In this document: piece by piece, positions 37,118-49,071 of the stretch
Layout of the letters: every line of letters starts with the position of its first letter
How positions within the stretch are numbered: the first letter of the stretch is position 1
Source: Octopus sinensis
Lineage: Eukaryota
Assembly (NCBI RefSeq): GCF_006345805.1
Contig: NC_043008.1
Span: 8,122,001 to 8,186,000 of the forward strand
Length of the DNA stretch: 64,000 bases
Reading direction: 5' to 3'
Notes under the pieces: model-generated
What the model was told of the DNA's origin: nothing
Databases searched by the model: none
What the model saw: only the letters and a program-made list of their open reading frames with translations
Program-made: the position numbers and the translations under genes

Positions 37118-37574
37118 CCTATACGTACAAATAATATTGAATAGAAGTGTAAATGTTAAAACGTATCGAAATTGAATGCGATGTGATATTGTTAATGAGA
37201 TGCATAATTAAATCCATAAATTAAGAAAACAACTTCTGTAGTATTTCTTTTGACATAGCAATTAATTTATATATGGCATTTTTAAACACGTAATTACAGG
37301 ATAATATGTTGAGAAGCGTTATGCTACACAGAGATTTGTGTTAATAATGAACAAATATCAGTTTGTTTAGCCATTTTATAGGGTGTTTAGAAATAATTTA
37401 TTGTCTTTTTATTGATAATATGCTGTGGCTGAAATTTAAATATTTCTTATCAACATCGACGCTATTTTCATAATCCTCTGCAAATAGAAAGTCTTGATAT
37501 AATCGTCACGTTTTCAAACATCTTCGGTTCGCATGAAAATATAAAGGGTTTTGCGTTTACCTAAGTTATCTTAT

Positions 37575-37800
37575 TTTATATATATTTCTTTTTACCTTTT
37601 CTTGCCTAGCCAGGCTCATGGGCCCGGTTTCCCGCTTTCTGTGGCATATGTGTTTCCCCCAGCGGGACGGGACGCCAGTCCATTGCAGCGTTACTCCAGA
37701 AAAAGGAAGAAAGAGGGGGAGAATGTTGGGGCGAATGAGTACAACCGGAGGCTCGTGAAGCTTTTAGGTGTTTTTCGCTCAAAAAACACACACAATTTGA
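37575..37800 (-). mobile_element. SINE family C variant with a different 3' module (V-domain-like)
   Basis: 37700-37785 aligns with family C (GAGAATGTTG.GGCGAA..GAGTACA...GGAG.CTCGTG.AGCTTTAGGTGTTTT). The 3' part reads GTAACGCTGCAATGGACTGGCGTCCCGTCCC on the minus strand. Confidence 0.65.
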
Positions 37801-38190
37801 GTAACTTGTATTCGTCATATATAATAAGGATAGAAATTAAACCCAAAAGCTAATCATGGGATACTATATATAAGAACAAATAAATAGTAGAAATACATAG
37901 TATTTATTAAAGCAATAGGAACTATTTCCTTCATTATAGAAGGATAAGTATATCATAAAATATGGAATCGAATATAAGGGATAAATGATTTAGAGGTATA
38001 TTGATTCATTTTTCCTTAATCGATTAAATCGAGCCACTTGAAACGGCCGAAATGAATTGACACCTGTACATCTTTGTGACTTCTATATATATAAATATGC
38101 ATGTGTGCGTGTGTGTGCGTGTGTGTGTGTGGCGTGTTTGTGTATTAATGTTATATGCATGTATATATGTATATATATATATATATATAG

Positions 38191-38243
<53 letters not shown>

Positions 38244-38347
38244 CCGGAGTAAACAGATAAATGTGAAACAAGGTGGAAAAAAGAGTACTCAAATACCAGT
38301 GGTAGAGTAATATGCTTTATTTAAAGCAGCAGAAAATTTTACAAAAC

Positions 38348-38386
38348 CTGTTACTCTGAGTTTCGCGTTGCCGTTCACCGGACAGT
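38348..38386 (-). ncRNA. Minimal hammerhead motif, mutated copy
   Basis: ACUGU-CCGGUGA-ACG-GCAA-CGC-GAAAC-UCAGA-GUA/ACAG. It has A6G and a stem II mismatch relative to the partner arm. Confidence 0.55.
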
Positions 38387-38428
38387 TTTTGCTAGAATTT
38401 TCAATACATTAACAAAATTCTATCAAAA

Positions 38429-38468
38429 ACTGTCCGATGAACGGCAACGTGAAACTCAGAGTAACAGT
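38429..38468 (+). ncRNA. Minimal type I hammerhead motif, U4C variant
   Basis: ACUGU-CCGAUGA-ACG-GCAA-CGU-GAAAC-UCAGA-GUA/ACAGU. Stem I is 5 bp, stem II is 3 bp with a GNRA loop, stem III is ACUC-A-GAGU, and the predicted cut is after 38463. Confidence 0.72.
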
Positions 38469-38510
38469 CTTTGTAGAATTTCTGCTGCTTTAAATAAAGT
38501 ATATGTATAT

Positions 38511-38565
<55 letters not shown>

Positions 38566-39497
38566 GTGTGCATATCTGTGTATGCATCGTTTTTGAAACA
38601 TTTTCGGTCTCTGTTCATTTTTCAGTGAAGGTGGAATTTCATAGCGTACATGTTTTCAGGGATACGTATACTGATTTTTTTTATTGTTCATTCTATTTTG
38701 AATACTTCACTAATGTAGTAAGAAGAAATAGTCAGCTGCAAATATACAAGAATTGTTTCCGAATATTCGTATTCAAATCCTGAGAGATTCAATGAATTAA
38801 TACGTATTAATTTATGCTAAATTATTTTAAAAATATATTTGTTTAAAGTATGATGAATTTCAATCTCTTATTAATAAACTTTAAAGACTTTCGAACATTA
38901 TTACATTTCTGATTTGAATCGAAAATATTTTCTGGTAAAGAGTTTATTTAAAATGTGAATAAAAGAACTTGGTACATTTACTTGAAGCAATTCTGTTTTA
39001 TAACAGATCTATTATCCTTTGTTACTGTTTGTATACTTAACAGAATTCACTTTACGTTGATAATATTTATAACCAAAAAAGAGAAAATGATTTTACAATG
39101 TTTGTCCAATATGTACGTATCCATTTAATTTGGAAGAATTCTACAACCTCCTTCAAATCAAATTTAGTAATTGAGAATATACGTTATAGAATGGTCTATG
39201 ATATATTTGTCTTCATTTTGGGGATTGTATGCACAACATAACTGAAGCATTGAAAACCGGCGTTCCAAAAGCAACATCAAGGAAAGTAATAATGAAAACA
39301 GAACTAAACTTCCACAAAAGTATGATAAATATCATTTGAATCAAGTGTAAAGGTGTCTATGAGACGACAGTCAGGATATTATTAGTATTTCAAAATCAAA
39401 CTCGCATTTGGAAAGCCAAGATTATTGCGTTTTGATGTAGGCACATTGACGTCAGTGGTTTAGTACAATGAATTGACTACGTGATAACTTATTTCTT

Positions 39498-39706
39498 ATT
39501 TCTTTACTACCTACAGGGGGCTAAACACAGAGGGGACAAACAAGGACAGACATGCGGTTTAAGTCGATTACATCGACTCCAGTGCGCAACTGGTACTTAA
39601 TTTATCGACCCCGAAAATATGAAAGGCAAAGTCGACCTCGGTGGAATTTGAACTCAAAACGTAGCGGCAGACGAAATACCTCTAAGCCTTCTGCCAGCTC
39701 ACCGCC
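39498..39706 (-). mobile_element. SINE family B, monomer
   Basis: Reverse complement of the 18359-18560 type. Confidence 0.9.
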
Positions 39707-40952
39707 TTTGTTCATGTGATTCCTGTGGATGGAAAGGGCAAAGATAAATAGAAATTGGTGAGATCTGATCTTTTAAACCTAGATAGTTAGTAAAAATATA
39801 AATATTTGTCCAAGAATCAAGAAATTTAAATCGTTTCAATAAATCATTAAATTCGATATTTGCAATAATTACTTTGGTATATCTCTCAGCTATTTCTATG
39901 AGTTCAGACATTCTGGCTAACATTAAAATGATATTTCGTAATAGTTTCGAAATAGCTGTTCAAATTATTGTATTTTCGGTGATGTAGAAGTTTACTGGAA
40001 GTAAGCCAAATATTTGTGCTCTTGACAAGACGACTGCAATAGAGTTCTTAAGATATTTCCTTTGGCAGCTATCACTACTGCTTCCTCTCGTTGTCGATTT
40101 CAGGGAAGACAACTTTTAAATATGTCCACTTGTCAACACGATGTGCAATCAGATAGTTTCTAGCAACGATAAGTGATATAAGGTATTTGTATGCAAGCAT
40201 ATCTAGGTATTAATTCGAAATCTCAACTTGCGTTTATCTTTTATTCCTTTGAATACAAAAATAAACGAAAACCAGAAATGTAGCGACAAGCAAATCAATT
40301 GCGTCTCTCCTATCTTTCTTTCTCTTTCTCAGTCTCTCTCTCGCTCTCTCTTCATATATATATATATACATGTACATATATATATTTATATCTATATATA
40401 TATGTATATGTATGTATATATGTATGCATCTATGTATGAATATATGCGCATCAGTTTTTTAAATAAAACGTATTGCGTAATGCTAACATACATACAACAC
40501 ATTATACAGATAATCACATATAAACATGTTCAAAACGTAGATATAAAAAACTATGATATTATTGATTGAATAATATCCTTTTTTCAATGAGTATTTGTAG
40601 TTACTGTATATGATGATGGCATACTTGACACATGCCCATATTAATTAAACGCACTCTAATTTCAAAACTACATATTCAGTAAAAGGTTTTAGCGAATTAA
40701 AGCATGTAATATAGAATGGGCGTCGCATACAGGACACAATAATACTTGATACTTTAATGGAAAACTTATATGACACCAAATACGATACCTTACAATGTTT
40801 CTTGAATTAAATATGTTAATATTGTTTTGCTTAATATTTTCAGGTGGAACGTGTCTTAGAATGGATCCATCTTTAAAGAATAAACTTTTCATACGCCAAT
40901 AACATGCCTCATTGTATATCTATTTAATGATTCGCTCATTTTTTGGTTATGA

Positions 40953-41353
40953 CTAGCAGCATCACCTGGCGTTGCTCAGGTTTGTTTCGACCCTTTAGAA
41001 TCGAAATTTTTGAAAAGTAAAAAGTTTGCATTATGTAGCTTGTTATTCTCTTTAAATGAACAGTTTTTGGTTGAAATACACCGAAAAATGGCGACACAGC
41101 AGTAAAAAAAATCGTAAAAGGTGGGGATTTTCATAGATAAAAAGCACCTTTTGATGTAAAGAAATTTTGTTTTTAACATGGTCGGATCTGAATGTTTTCT
41201 TCTACGGAAGGAAGAGCAAGCCATCTTCTATCATACTTTCAATTTTGGTCAACTTGTGTCGCGGGGTCTCGGAGGAGACAGAGTTAGTTGAAGGCTACTA
41301 AAACTGCCACACACACACACAGACAACTTCAGCTTTATATGAATATATATAGA
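40953..41353 (-). mobile_element. Non-autonomous Helitron
   Basis: On the minus strand: A|TC start, subterminal hairpin CCTG-AGCAACGC-CAGG and CTAG|T end. Its 3' terminus is homologous to that of 60569-60943. Confidence 0.8.
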
Positions 41354-41759
41354 TTTGCTGTTCAGGCTAGATTATAACGTACGAAATGAAGAGATATCTA
41401 TTGTAAGTACCAGGGAAAAGCAAACGCTATTAGTCAATGAAGAATGTGGTTTTATTATTTTGGTATATATAATTTTAGACAGAGTTTCCATGTCCTGTTC
41501 ATTAATTATGTTAACGCATAATTTTCAGCCGCATATTCGTATAGACAGTTCCATTGCTATTAACAGTTCATAGAACGTCTGGTATCTACTCGTAACCGGT
41601 ATTTACTTAGCCACGGAAACATCGTAATTATTGTTGTACAGAAATCACACAAAATTATAATAGAAAATATAACAACAACCGTAACATGATATGGTCTTAC
41701 ATAACTTGAACTAGAATATCAATAAAACAGCCTATGAAATTTTCTCGTCTAAAATGCAC

Positions 41760-41760
<1 letters not shown>

Positions 41761-41814
<54 letters not shown>

Positions 41815-42015
41815 GTCATGTAAAAGAACGCAGAGCAGAAGCATATACGAAGAGAATCATGCATATTGGTTATTACATGTACATTAATCTATATATTCAT
41901 ATGCATGTATATTTATAGATCTCTATATGTGTCAATATATGTATGTACATAAGTGTTCATGTTTTGACATTCGTATAAACCGGTATATATATATGTATGT
42001 ATGCATGTATGTATA

Positions 42016-42080
<65 letters not shown>

Positions 42081-42083
42081 ATA

Positions 42084-42130
<47 letters not shown>
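41761..42130. repeat. (TA)n microsatellite cluster
   Basis: Arrays at 41761-41811 and about 41985-42130. Confidence 0.9.
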
Positions 42131-42133
<3 letters not shown>

Positions 42134-42929
42134 AATATATACATATGTGTGTTTCTGTGTCTGTTTGTATGTGTATATATGTACGTTTGTATGTAAGCGT
42201 ATATTACGTATGTCCGTTTGCAGTTATCTTTATCCTAACAGTCTCTAGACAAAGACTAGGTCACATGGCTGTTTATTATTGATCTTGACAACGACAGTCG
42301 TGAAACCTAACCTGAGTGTATTAATGGCACGATGACAAAACTATATAATAAACAGAAAATGAATATTGTCTCAGAGTCGTCCTTTGATAGCAGATGAAAA
42401 ATCTGGTTTATGTATTTAGTGACACACTTCTATTGATAACAAGCGTTTCATATCTATTTTATCCATTGTTACCTGGCCATGACTGTAACAACAATACCCT
42501 GGTGTTTTATTTTTTACATGAAACACAAAGAAATAAGAAAAATTAATACTACGTTTGGTGATAAGTACCTTTAATTAATATTGTATGATGATGATGAAAG
42601 AGATGGAGACAGCTGGTAAGAACAATAAAAAAAAATTCATTATCCAAATTGTTTTCTCTCCTTCGCGATAGTGGTTAGCTATCTTTATTTTATCTTACCC
42701 TCGTCGGTGAGATATACATGCCATATTCTGAATTTGAGTAAGGGTGAAATATAATTTCCAACGAGAAATATCTATCAGCTGGAGGAAACGTTCTTGCAGC
42801 AAACTAGACTGAATGGTGTATTTAGCGATATCGTGTATTTTTTCTCGTTACTATGAAGATATGTTGGTGTGTGTGTGTATGTGCGTTTGTGTACATATTT
42901 TGTATTATGCACGAGTGGTCTTATGCGTA

Positions 42930-43087
42930 CGTATGTATGCATGCCTATATGTATGCCTGTATGCATCCATGTATGTATGTATGTATGTATGTGTGCATGC
43001 ATGTATGTATGCATGTACGTATGTGTGTATGTATGTATGCTTGCATGCATGTATGTATGTATCTATGTATGCATGCATGTATGTAAG

Positions 43088-43115
<28 letters not shown>
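42930..43115. repeat. (TATG)n/(CATG)-type and (TA)n microsatellite
   Basis: Directly visible. Confidence 0.92.
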
Positions 43116-43119
<4 letters not shown>

Positions 43120-43779
43120 TCGTAGTCAAGAGTTATTTCACTATATATGAACAGAAAGAAGGATTTAGCTTGCTAACTATAGTTAGTTACAATTGATTGA
43201 TTAATTGTAACTCTTCTATCGTGAAAATATATACTTATGTTTATGGTTACCCAGTGTTATCCCTTCGGAGCATCTGTTCTCTTCACTCAGTAACATGAGT
43301 GAAATTGACATATGTTCTCGGAGGATGGCAATTTCTAGAAAAAATGTCATACGGATATCCGCTTTTTATCATAGACCAAACAATATTATATTATATTCTA
43401 TCTGCTTTTAGTCTTTCTTATTAGGTCCGTTGGGGAAGTTGAATGCTTATTGGCAACATTGTTGCTATATCGAATTTGAAAAAGTCAGCAGAAACCTCTA
43501 TGTATAGGTAAGCGCCTCCTCTTGCACTCACTGTGCATTGGGTATCTTATGTTAATAATGCGTTATTTAGTTTTTGTAAAAAGGTATGCACTTTCGTGAC
43601 TCTCAGTACAATTGTTCTTTAGTATTCCACTGTTTCGTTTCCCGAATACAAAATTATCACCCACGTATAGGTCATCCTATCAATAGGCACACACATTCAC
43701 TCACGTACACACGGACATGAGCTTGCCCTTATACGAACTGGCACCACCCTCACATATACACATATACATCCCTCTATAA

Positions 43780-43898
43780 TAATAACAACAACAACAACAA
43801 CAATAATAATAATAATGATGATGATGATGATGACGATGATGATTATAATAATAATAATAATAGTGATAACAATAATAATAACAATAATAATAACAACA
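43780..43898. repeat. (AAT)n/(AAC)n/(GAT)n microsatellite
   Basis: Directly visible. Confidence 0.95.
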
Positions 43899-44934
43899 TC
43901 AAAAAATACTTTAGGAATGAGAACCCAGGTTCGAAATTTTCCCAAGAGAGTATATCAGCCGAAACGTTGTGTTAACAACAAACAAGATGAGGACAAATAT
44001 CCGTTAAATGTAAATAACGTAAATAATATTTTATTCAAAGAAACTTTTGTCTAGCAATCATGCAACTCGAGAAAACACTGAAATTCAATTCACTGTGCGG
44101 GGTGAGCTTTGAGTGCAGGAATGGATAGATACATCTTTATATACTGAGTAATAATAGGTAAGTGGCAGAGGCGAAACCCATCAGAATTTGCAGTCCAGTT
44201 ATATTCTGTTGTGCCAGTATTTCGTAAGAGAAGACTAGGCAAATGGTATTACCTTGATTTGTTTTCACAATATTATGCCCTGTCTTCCTAAAACATTAGA
44301 ATCAATATTTTGATTTCGATGAACAAGAATCTATACAAAATCTAATTTTTCTAACCTGTTTTCTGTGACGATTCTATTCCGCTGCTCTTTCATACGAAGA
44401 GCCAGACGCACAATTTTGTTACCATTTTCCAATTTTAATATTTTCACTGATATAATGTTGAAAATAATTAATTTGAATCAATGAATAATAAAATTCTCAG
44501 AAATATTTATCATCTCCCGTTTGCATATAAAATATGACCTTGAATTCTTGAATTAATATGAAACTATTTTCAACGGAATTTCATTATATTCTAGAAATAC
44601 GGTGCGTTTATTATATTGTATGCCACAGAGAAATATACTCCTTTGAAGTATATTATGTACGTTGTTTGAAGCTAACATCTATATAAATATCCAGGCGTTG
44701 TTATCGATGTATGCATGTATATATGTTAATAGGTATGCACTGTATATACACAAGTCACTGAAACACGGATATATGTTTATGGTTATATTTATTTATGAAT
44801 ATACCCATATGTATAAAATATGTATCTCTGAGTATGAGTAAAGACATATAACTATAAATATGCATGTACATAAAATGTTTTTGCATGAGTGTACTTGCGC
44901 ACATGCGCGCACTTTATTTGCCTTTTACTGTGAG

Positions 44935-44977
<43 letters not shown>

Positions 44978-45161
44978 TTTTGTCTGCGTATATGTGTTTG
45001 TGTGACTGTTTTTGGTGTGTCTGTATGTGTCTCTGTGTAGGTGTTTGGGGTTTTGAGATGACGTAGGTTATTCGGCACAGATTTTAGACTTGAATCGCGT
45101 TTATGCCCACTTGAGATCTATCTTCTATTTTAGTCAGGACATTTAAGTGTTGAATTTTTTT

Positions 45162-45321
45162 GCATAGGAGTGGCTGTGTGGTAAGTAGCTTGCTAAAGAA
45201 CCACATGATCCGGGTTCAGTCTAGCTGCATGGCACCTTGGGCAAGTGTCTTCTACTATAGCCCCGGGCTGACCAAAGCCTTGTGAGTGGACTTGGTAGAC
45301 GGAAACTGAAAGGAACCCGTC

Positions 45322-45366
<45 letters not shown>

Positions 45367-45636
45367 TGTATATATATATAGAGAGATGTATATATATATG
45401 TGTGTGTGTGTGTTTCTATGTCTGTGTTTGTCCCCCCCCCAACATCGCTTGGCAACCGATGCTGGTGTGTTTACGTCCCAGTAACTTAGCGGTTCTGCAA
45501 AAGAGACCGATAGAATGAGTACTAGGCTTCCGAAGAATAAGTCCTGGGGTCGATTTGCCCGACTAAACGCGGTGCTGCAGCAGCGCCACTGTCACATGAC
45601 TAAAAACAAGAAAAAGAGTAAAAGAGAGTAAAGAGA
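45162..45636 (+). mobile_element. SINE family A, full length with expanded internal (TA)n
   Basis: GGAGTGGCTGTGTGGTAAGTAGCTTGC...AAAAGAGTAAAAGAG. Confidence 0.92.
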
Positions 45637-47029
45637 ATTAAGGCAAATCTAACTAGAGACGGATTGTGTTCTAATAATATACATTTGTTACGAGAGTGTA
45701 AATTAACATATCTCACATTTCATACCATGTTGCCTTCCATATGTCAAGTAAATTCTTGTAGAAAAGTGTGTCCGAATTCATCCAGGTAATATGCGGTTGC
45801 CCATGCACCGTTAGATATCCTTATCACAAGTGACGTACTTTAATTACTCTGATATTTCATGTTTGCTGCACTCCACTTCTATATTAAAGAAGTACTTTGA
45901 ATGTCTTTTGCCACGATTAGCACACGTGTTTCACTTTCATAATTTTGTTACATCAATTCAATAGGATTGCTGTTGTTCTGGGTAATGGATGGTGTGATAG
46001 CACCACCGCTGTTAATGCTTTCCTTATTGTAGTCCACTCAGATATTTTTTCGAGGCGTTACAAAAATAGAAGTTACAACAAAACATACTACAGCACATGA
46101 CTATTCGTTCGATTTAATTGTAGTGTCCATTCAGATCCTAATAAGCGAGGATAAAGTTTTCAACTCATGGAACAGTTTTCTATATTAAATCTTTTGAAAA
46201 CTATATAAAATAGTTTCAACGAATCATGGATATTTACACGATGTTATTTTTATGCTGCAAACGTGCTGAGAATTTGTAATATTTCCAGTGCGTGCCTAGG
46301 AAATTTTGCAATAGCAATATTTATAAAAAAATATTTTCAGTTCAACATTATTTTATTTGTTCTCAAGCATCGTGGCCCTTTTGAAAGCATATAATTCATA
46401 ATATGTGAACGCTGGAACTTTATACATTTACGGAGAATATACAATGTAATAACAAATACTGAACAATTACACAGAAAGTTTAAGTAATTTAGTTATTCTC
46501 AAGTTGAAATTTATATATATCGACCATAAAGTACTCGCGTTTTTAAGAAATATAATATAAAGTTATTCGTGAACTGGAATTCAGCATCAATAAATGATAT
46601 GAATCTCTTAAGGAAAACAAAACTGAACAGAGAGGAATAAACTGCGAAAAACAATTAAATTATAATTTCCTTTTCCGAATAGCAAATGTAACACATCATA
46701 CCACTTAGGACTAATTTAGGTTATTAATATATATATATATGTATGCATGTGTGTGCATGTATGTATATATATACTATGATTATTTGTTATGCAAATGTTT
46801 CACAGCATTATTACAACAAATTATGACAAAGTAGGTAATGTCATACGTTGGAAACTATTCTTTCGAAACATAACGGTTTGTTTTAAGAAATAGATCAGAC
46901 CGAGAAACATAGATATGAAAGCGACATCAGCACAATATCTTACAGTCGAACGAAACATGCACAAGATTGCTTGCATCTTTTGACATACACACTCAGTCAT
47001 TCTTATACACTCACACACACACACATACA

Positions 47030-47228
<199 letters not shown>

Positions 47229-47337
47229 TTTGTTTACTGATATACGGGTAAATGATTATTAATTTTAAAATTAATAATTATTACCAAGTAGTTTCGGTAT
47301 GGAAAGAGAACCATTATCGGTAGGTACTTTTACAAAA

Positions 47338-47373
<36 letters not shown>

Positions 47374-47377
<4 letters not shown>

Positions 47378-47623
47378 TAATTAGTGTTAAGCAACAAGGT
47401 GCTTAACTACATACCGACAATTTAGAAATAGCAGCCAAAGACCGCTTATTCCTATTTACTACAGATATAGCTTCACATATAACGTTACTTGTAACTCACA
47501 TAGTCAAAGTAAAGAAAAGAACGAAATGAAAGAGTCTTCGGTCAGTTATGGACGCGTTTCTGGGTTAGAATTATAAAGAACTCATTCCCGTCCTCAGTAC
47601 AACAATCCAATAAATTATGGATT
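47374..47623 (-). mobile_element. (TA)n-anchored Penelope-like terminal fragment, related to palindrome 2
   Basis: The TA-proximal end shares TAAGCAA..AAGG, ATACCGA.AATTTAGAAATAGCAG.CAAAG with 29163-29228. It contains an HHR motif. Confidence 0.7.
47545..47603 (-). ncRNA. Type I hammerhead motif
   Basis: GUUGUA-CUGAGGA-CGGG...CCCA-GAAAC-GC-GUC/CAUAAC. It has a canonical core, palindromic stem III ACGCGU and a GUC triplet, with single mismatches at the bases of stems I and II. Confidence 0.65.
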
Positions 47624-47687
47624 TGCAAATGCTATTAACCTACCTCTTGTATCCCGATCCCGTGCCATCGGAAATAGCAGAAGATAG

Positions 47688-47844
47688 TCAGCACATCCAA
47701 ATCCATAGAGACGAATGAATTGGCATTTTCCCTCCAAGATTACCATGTGTGTCACACATTTCTGCGGTACTCTTTCGTGACACACATGGTAATCTTGGAG
47801 GGAAAATGCGAATTCATTCCACTGTATGGATTTGGATGTGCTGA
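47688..47844. repeat. Inverted repeat, 68-bp arms with a 33-bp perfect core and 21-nt loop
   Basis: GCATTTTCCCTCCAAGATTACCATGTGTGTCAC (47723-47755) pairs perfectly with 47777-47809. Confidence 0.9.
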
Positions 47845-47849
47845 GAGCA

Positions 47850-48520
47850 GATAAAGAGGCATTGATTAAAATAAATACGAAGGCAAGCTCAAAAGCAAAG
47901 GAACGGCCTGAATACTCTACAAGATAGAGCACATCTTCCAAAAGCAATGATCCTTCACATGTAATGGAAGGAGAATAGCGAACAGTTCAAAAATGTTTTC
48001 CCTGCCCCTTTAGGTTACAGGCAAGTGAACAACCCAGCTGAGTTCACTGCCACTTCACTGGTAGCCAAGGAGACGATAGTAATTGATGACATCGATACTA
48101 AAGAAGATGCGACACTGACCATAGATCAGACAGACGCAGACAAAGCTGCTGGTCCTGATGAATTCCCAGCAACCTTCCTCAAATCATGCAAACGAGCACT
48201 TGCAAAACATTTGCAGCTTCTTTTTCAAAGCTTTCTTGCAAGTGATAAGCTCACAAGTAAATTGAAAGAGGGAATACTCTAGCCTCTGCATAAAAGAGGA
48301 ATCAAAGCTGATGCTAAAAGATTTTATGTCTATCTCTCTGATCGCACACATCAGCATATTAATATTTAGCAATGTTAGAACGAGAGAACATTAACCCACG
48401 ATGGCCTCAGATTCATTGATTACTGTTCCCATCTATGGTTACCACACAGGATAAAATTAAGAGTGAAAGTCGAAGCAATCCAGAGCAGTTAGACGAAGGT
48501 CGTCTCAATGCGACATGTCA
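47850..48520 (+). mobile_element. CR1-group LINE ORF2 fragment, internally deleted
   Basis: DKAAGPDEFPATFLKSCKRALAKHLQLLFQSFL...PLHKRG.KADAK..ISL.HI (RT start) joined to a ..DYCSHLW..HRIKL..KVEAIQ segment homologous to the 55388 element. Confidence 0.8.
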
Positions 48521-48680
48521 GCTTCTGCGAAAGGCTGGCAAAGTAAAGGTGCTACTTCTTAGAACGAAGGCACTGATATACATATTGAAAATACCAAGCG
48601 CTCGCATCGAAAGTCACATAAATAGCCGTACGGGAGGTCACTGAATTAATATTCACGGTCCCATACTTTTTAAAAAAGAA

Positions 48681-49071
48681 GTGGAAGCACTCCGTCGGTT
48701 ACGACGACGAGGGTTCCGGTTGATCCGATCAATAGAACAGCCTGCTCGTGAAATTAACGTGTAAGTGGCTGAGCACTCCACAGACACGTGTACCCTTAAC
48801 GTAGTTCTCGGGGATATTCAGCGTGACACAGAGAGTGACAAGGCCGGCCCTTTGAAATACAGGTACAACAGAAACAGGAAGTAAGAGTGAGAGAAAGTTG
48901 TGGCGAAAGAGTACAGCAGGGATCACCACCATCCCCTACCGGAGCCTCGTGGAGCTTTAGGTGTTTTCGCTCAATAAACACTCACAACGCCCGGTCTGGG
49001 AATCGAAACCGCGATCCTATGACCGCGAGTCCACTGCCCTAACCACTGGGCCACTGGGCCATTGCGCCTCC
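48681..49071 (-). mobile_element. SINE family C, full length with target-site duplication
   Basis: A-box TGGCCCAGTGG (with a short tandem duplication) and B-box GGTTTCGATTCCC. Flanked by ACTTTTTAAAAA(A)GAA at 48665-48680 and 49072-49086. Confidence 0.93.

Larger units (their letters stand above)
38242..38499. mobile_element. Palindrome 3: Penelope-like fragment with inverted partial copy (arms 38315-38401 and 38414-38499) inside (TA)n
   Basis: The arms are about 92% reverse-complementary with a 12-nt spacer. (TA)n lies at 38160-38241 and 38500-38563. Confidence 0.85.

Noticed and set aside
38020-38070. GCC...GGC-CGAAA resembling a stem II plus GAAA
   Set aside because: No CUGANGA upstream and no cleavage triplet with a matching stem III.
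43915-44030. CAGCC-GAAAC-GTT after an AAT/AAC array, resembling the 3' half of a hammerhead
   Set aside because: The 5' core and 5' strand of stem II are absent in this copy. It may be a deleted HHR, but the sequence alone cannot show it.
47276-47326. Minus-strand CCGAUAA-UGGU...ACC-GAAAC-UACUUG-GUA between TA arrays
   Set aside because: Two core deviations (U4C, G8A without C3U) and no stem I. It is probably a decayed relative and is not counted as an HHR.
48975-49071. tRNA-like heads here and at other SINEs as tRNA genes
   Set aside because: They have A/B boxes but no closed acceptor stem, and they continue into SINE bodies.
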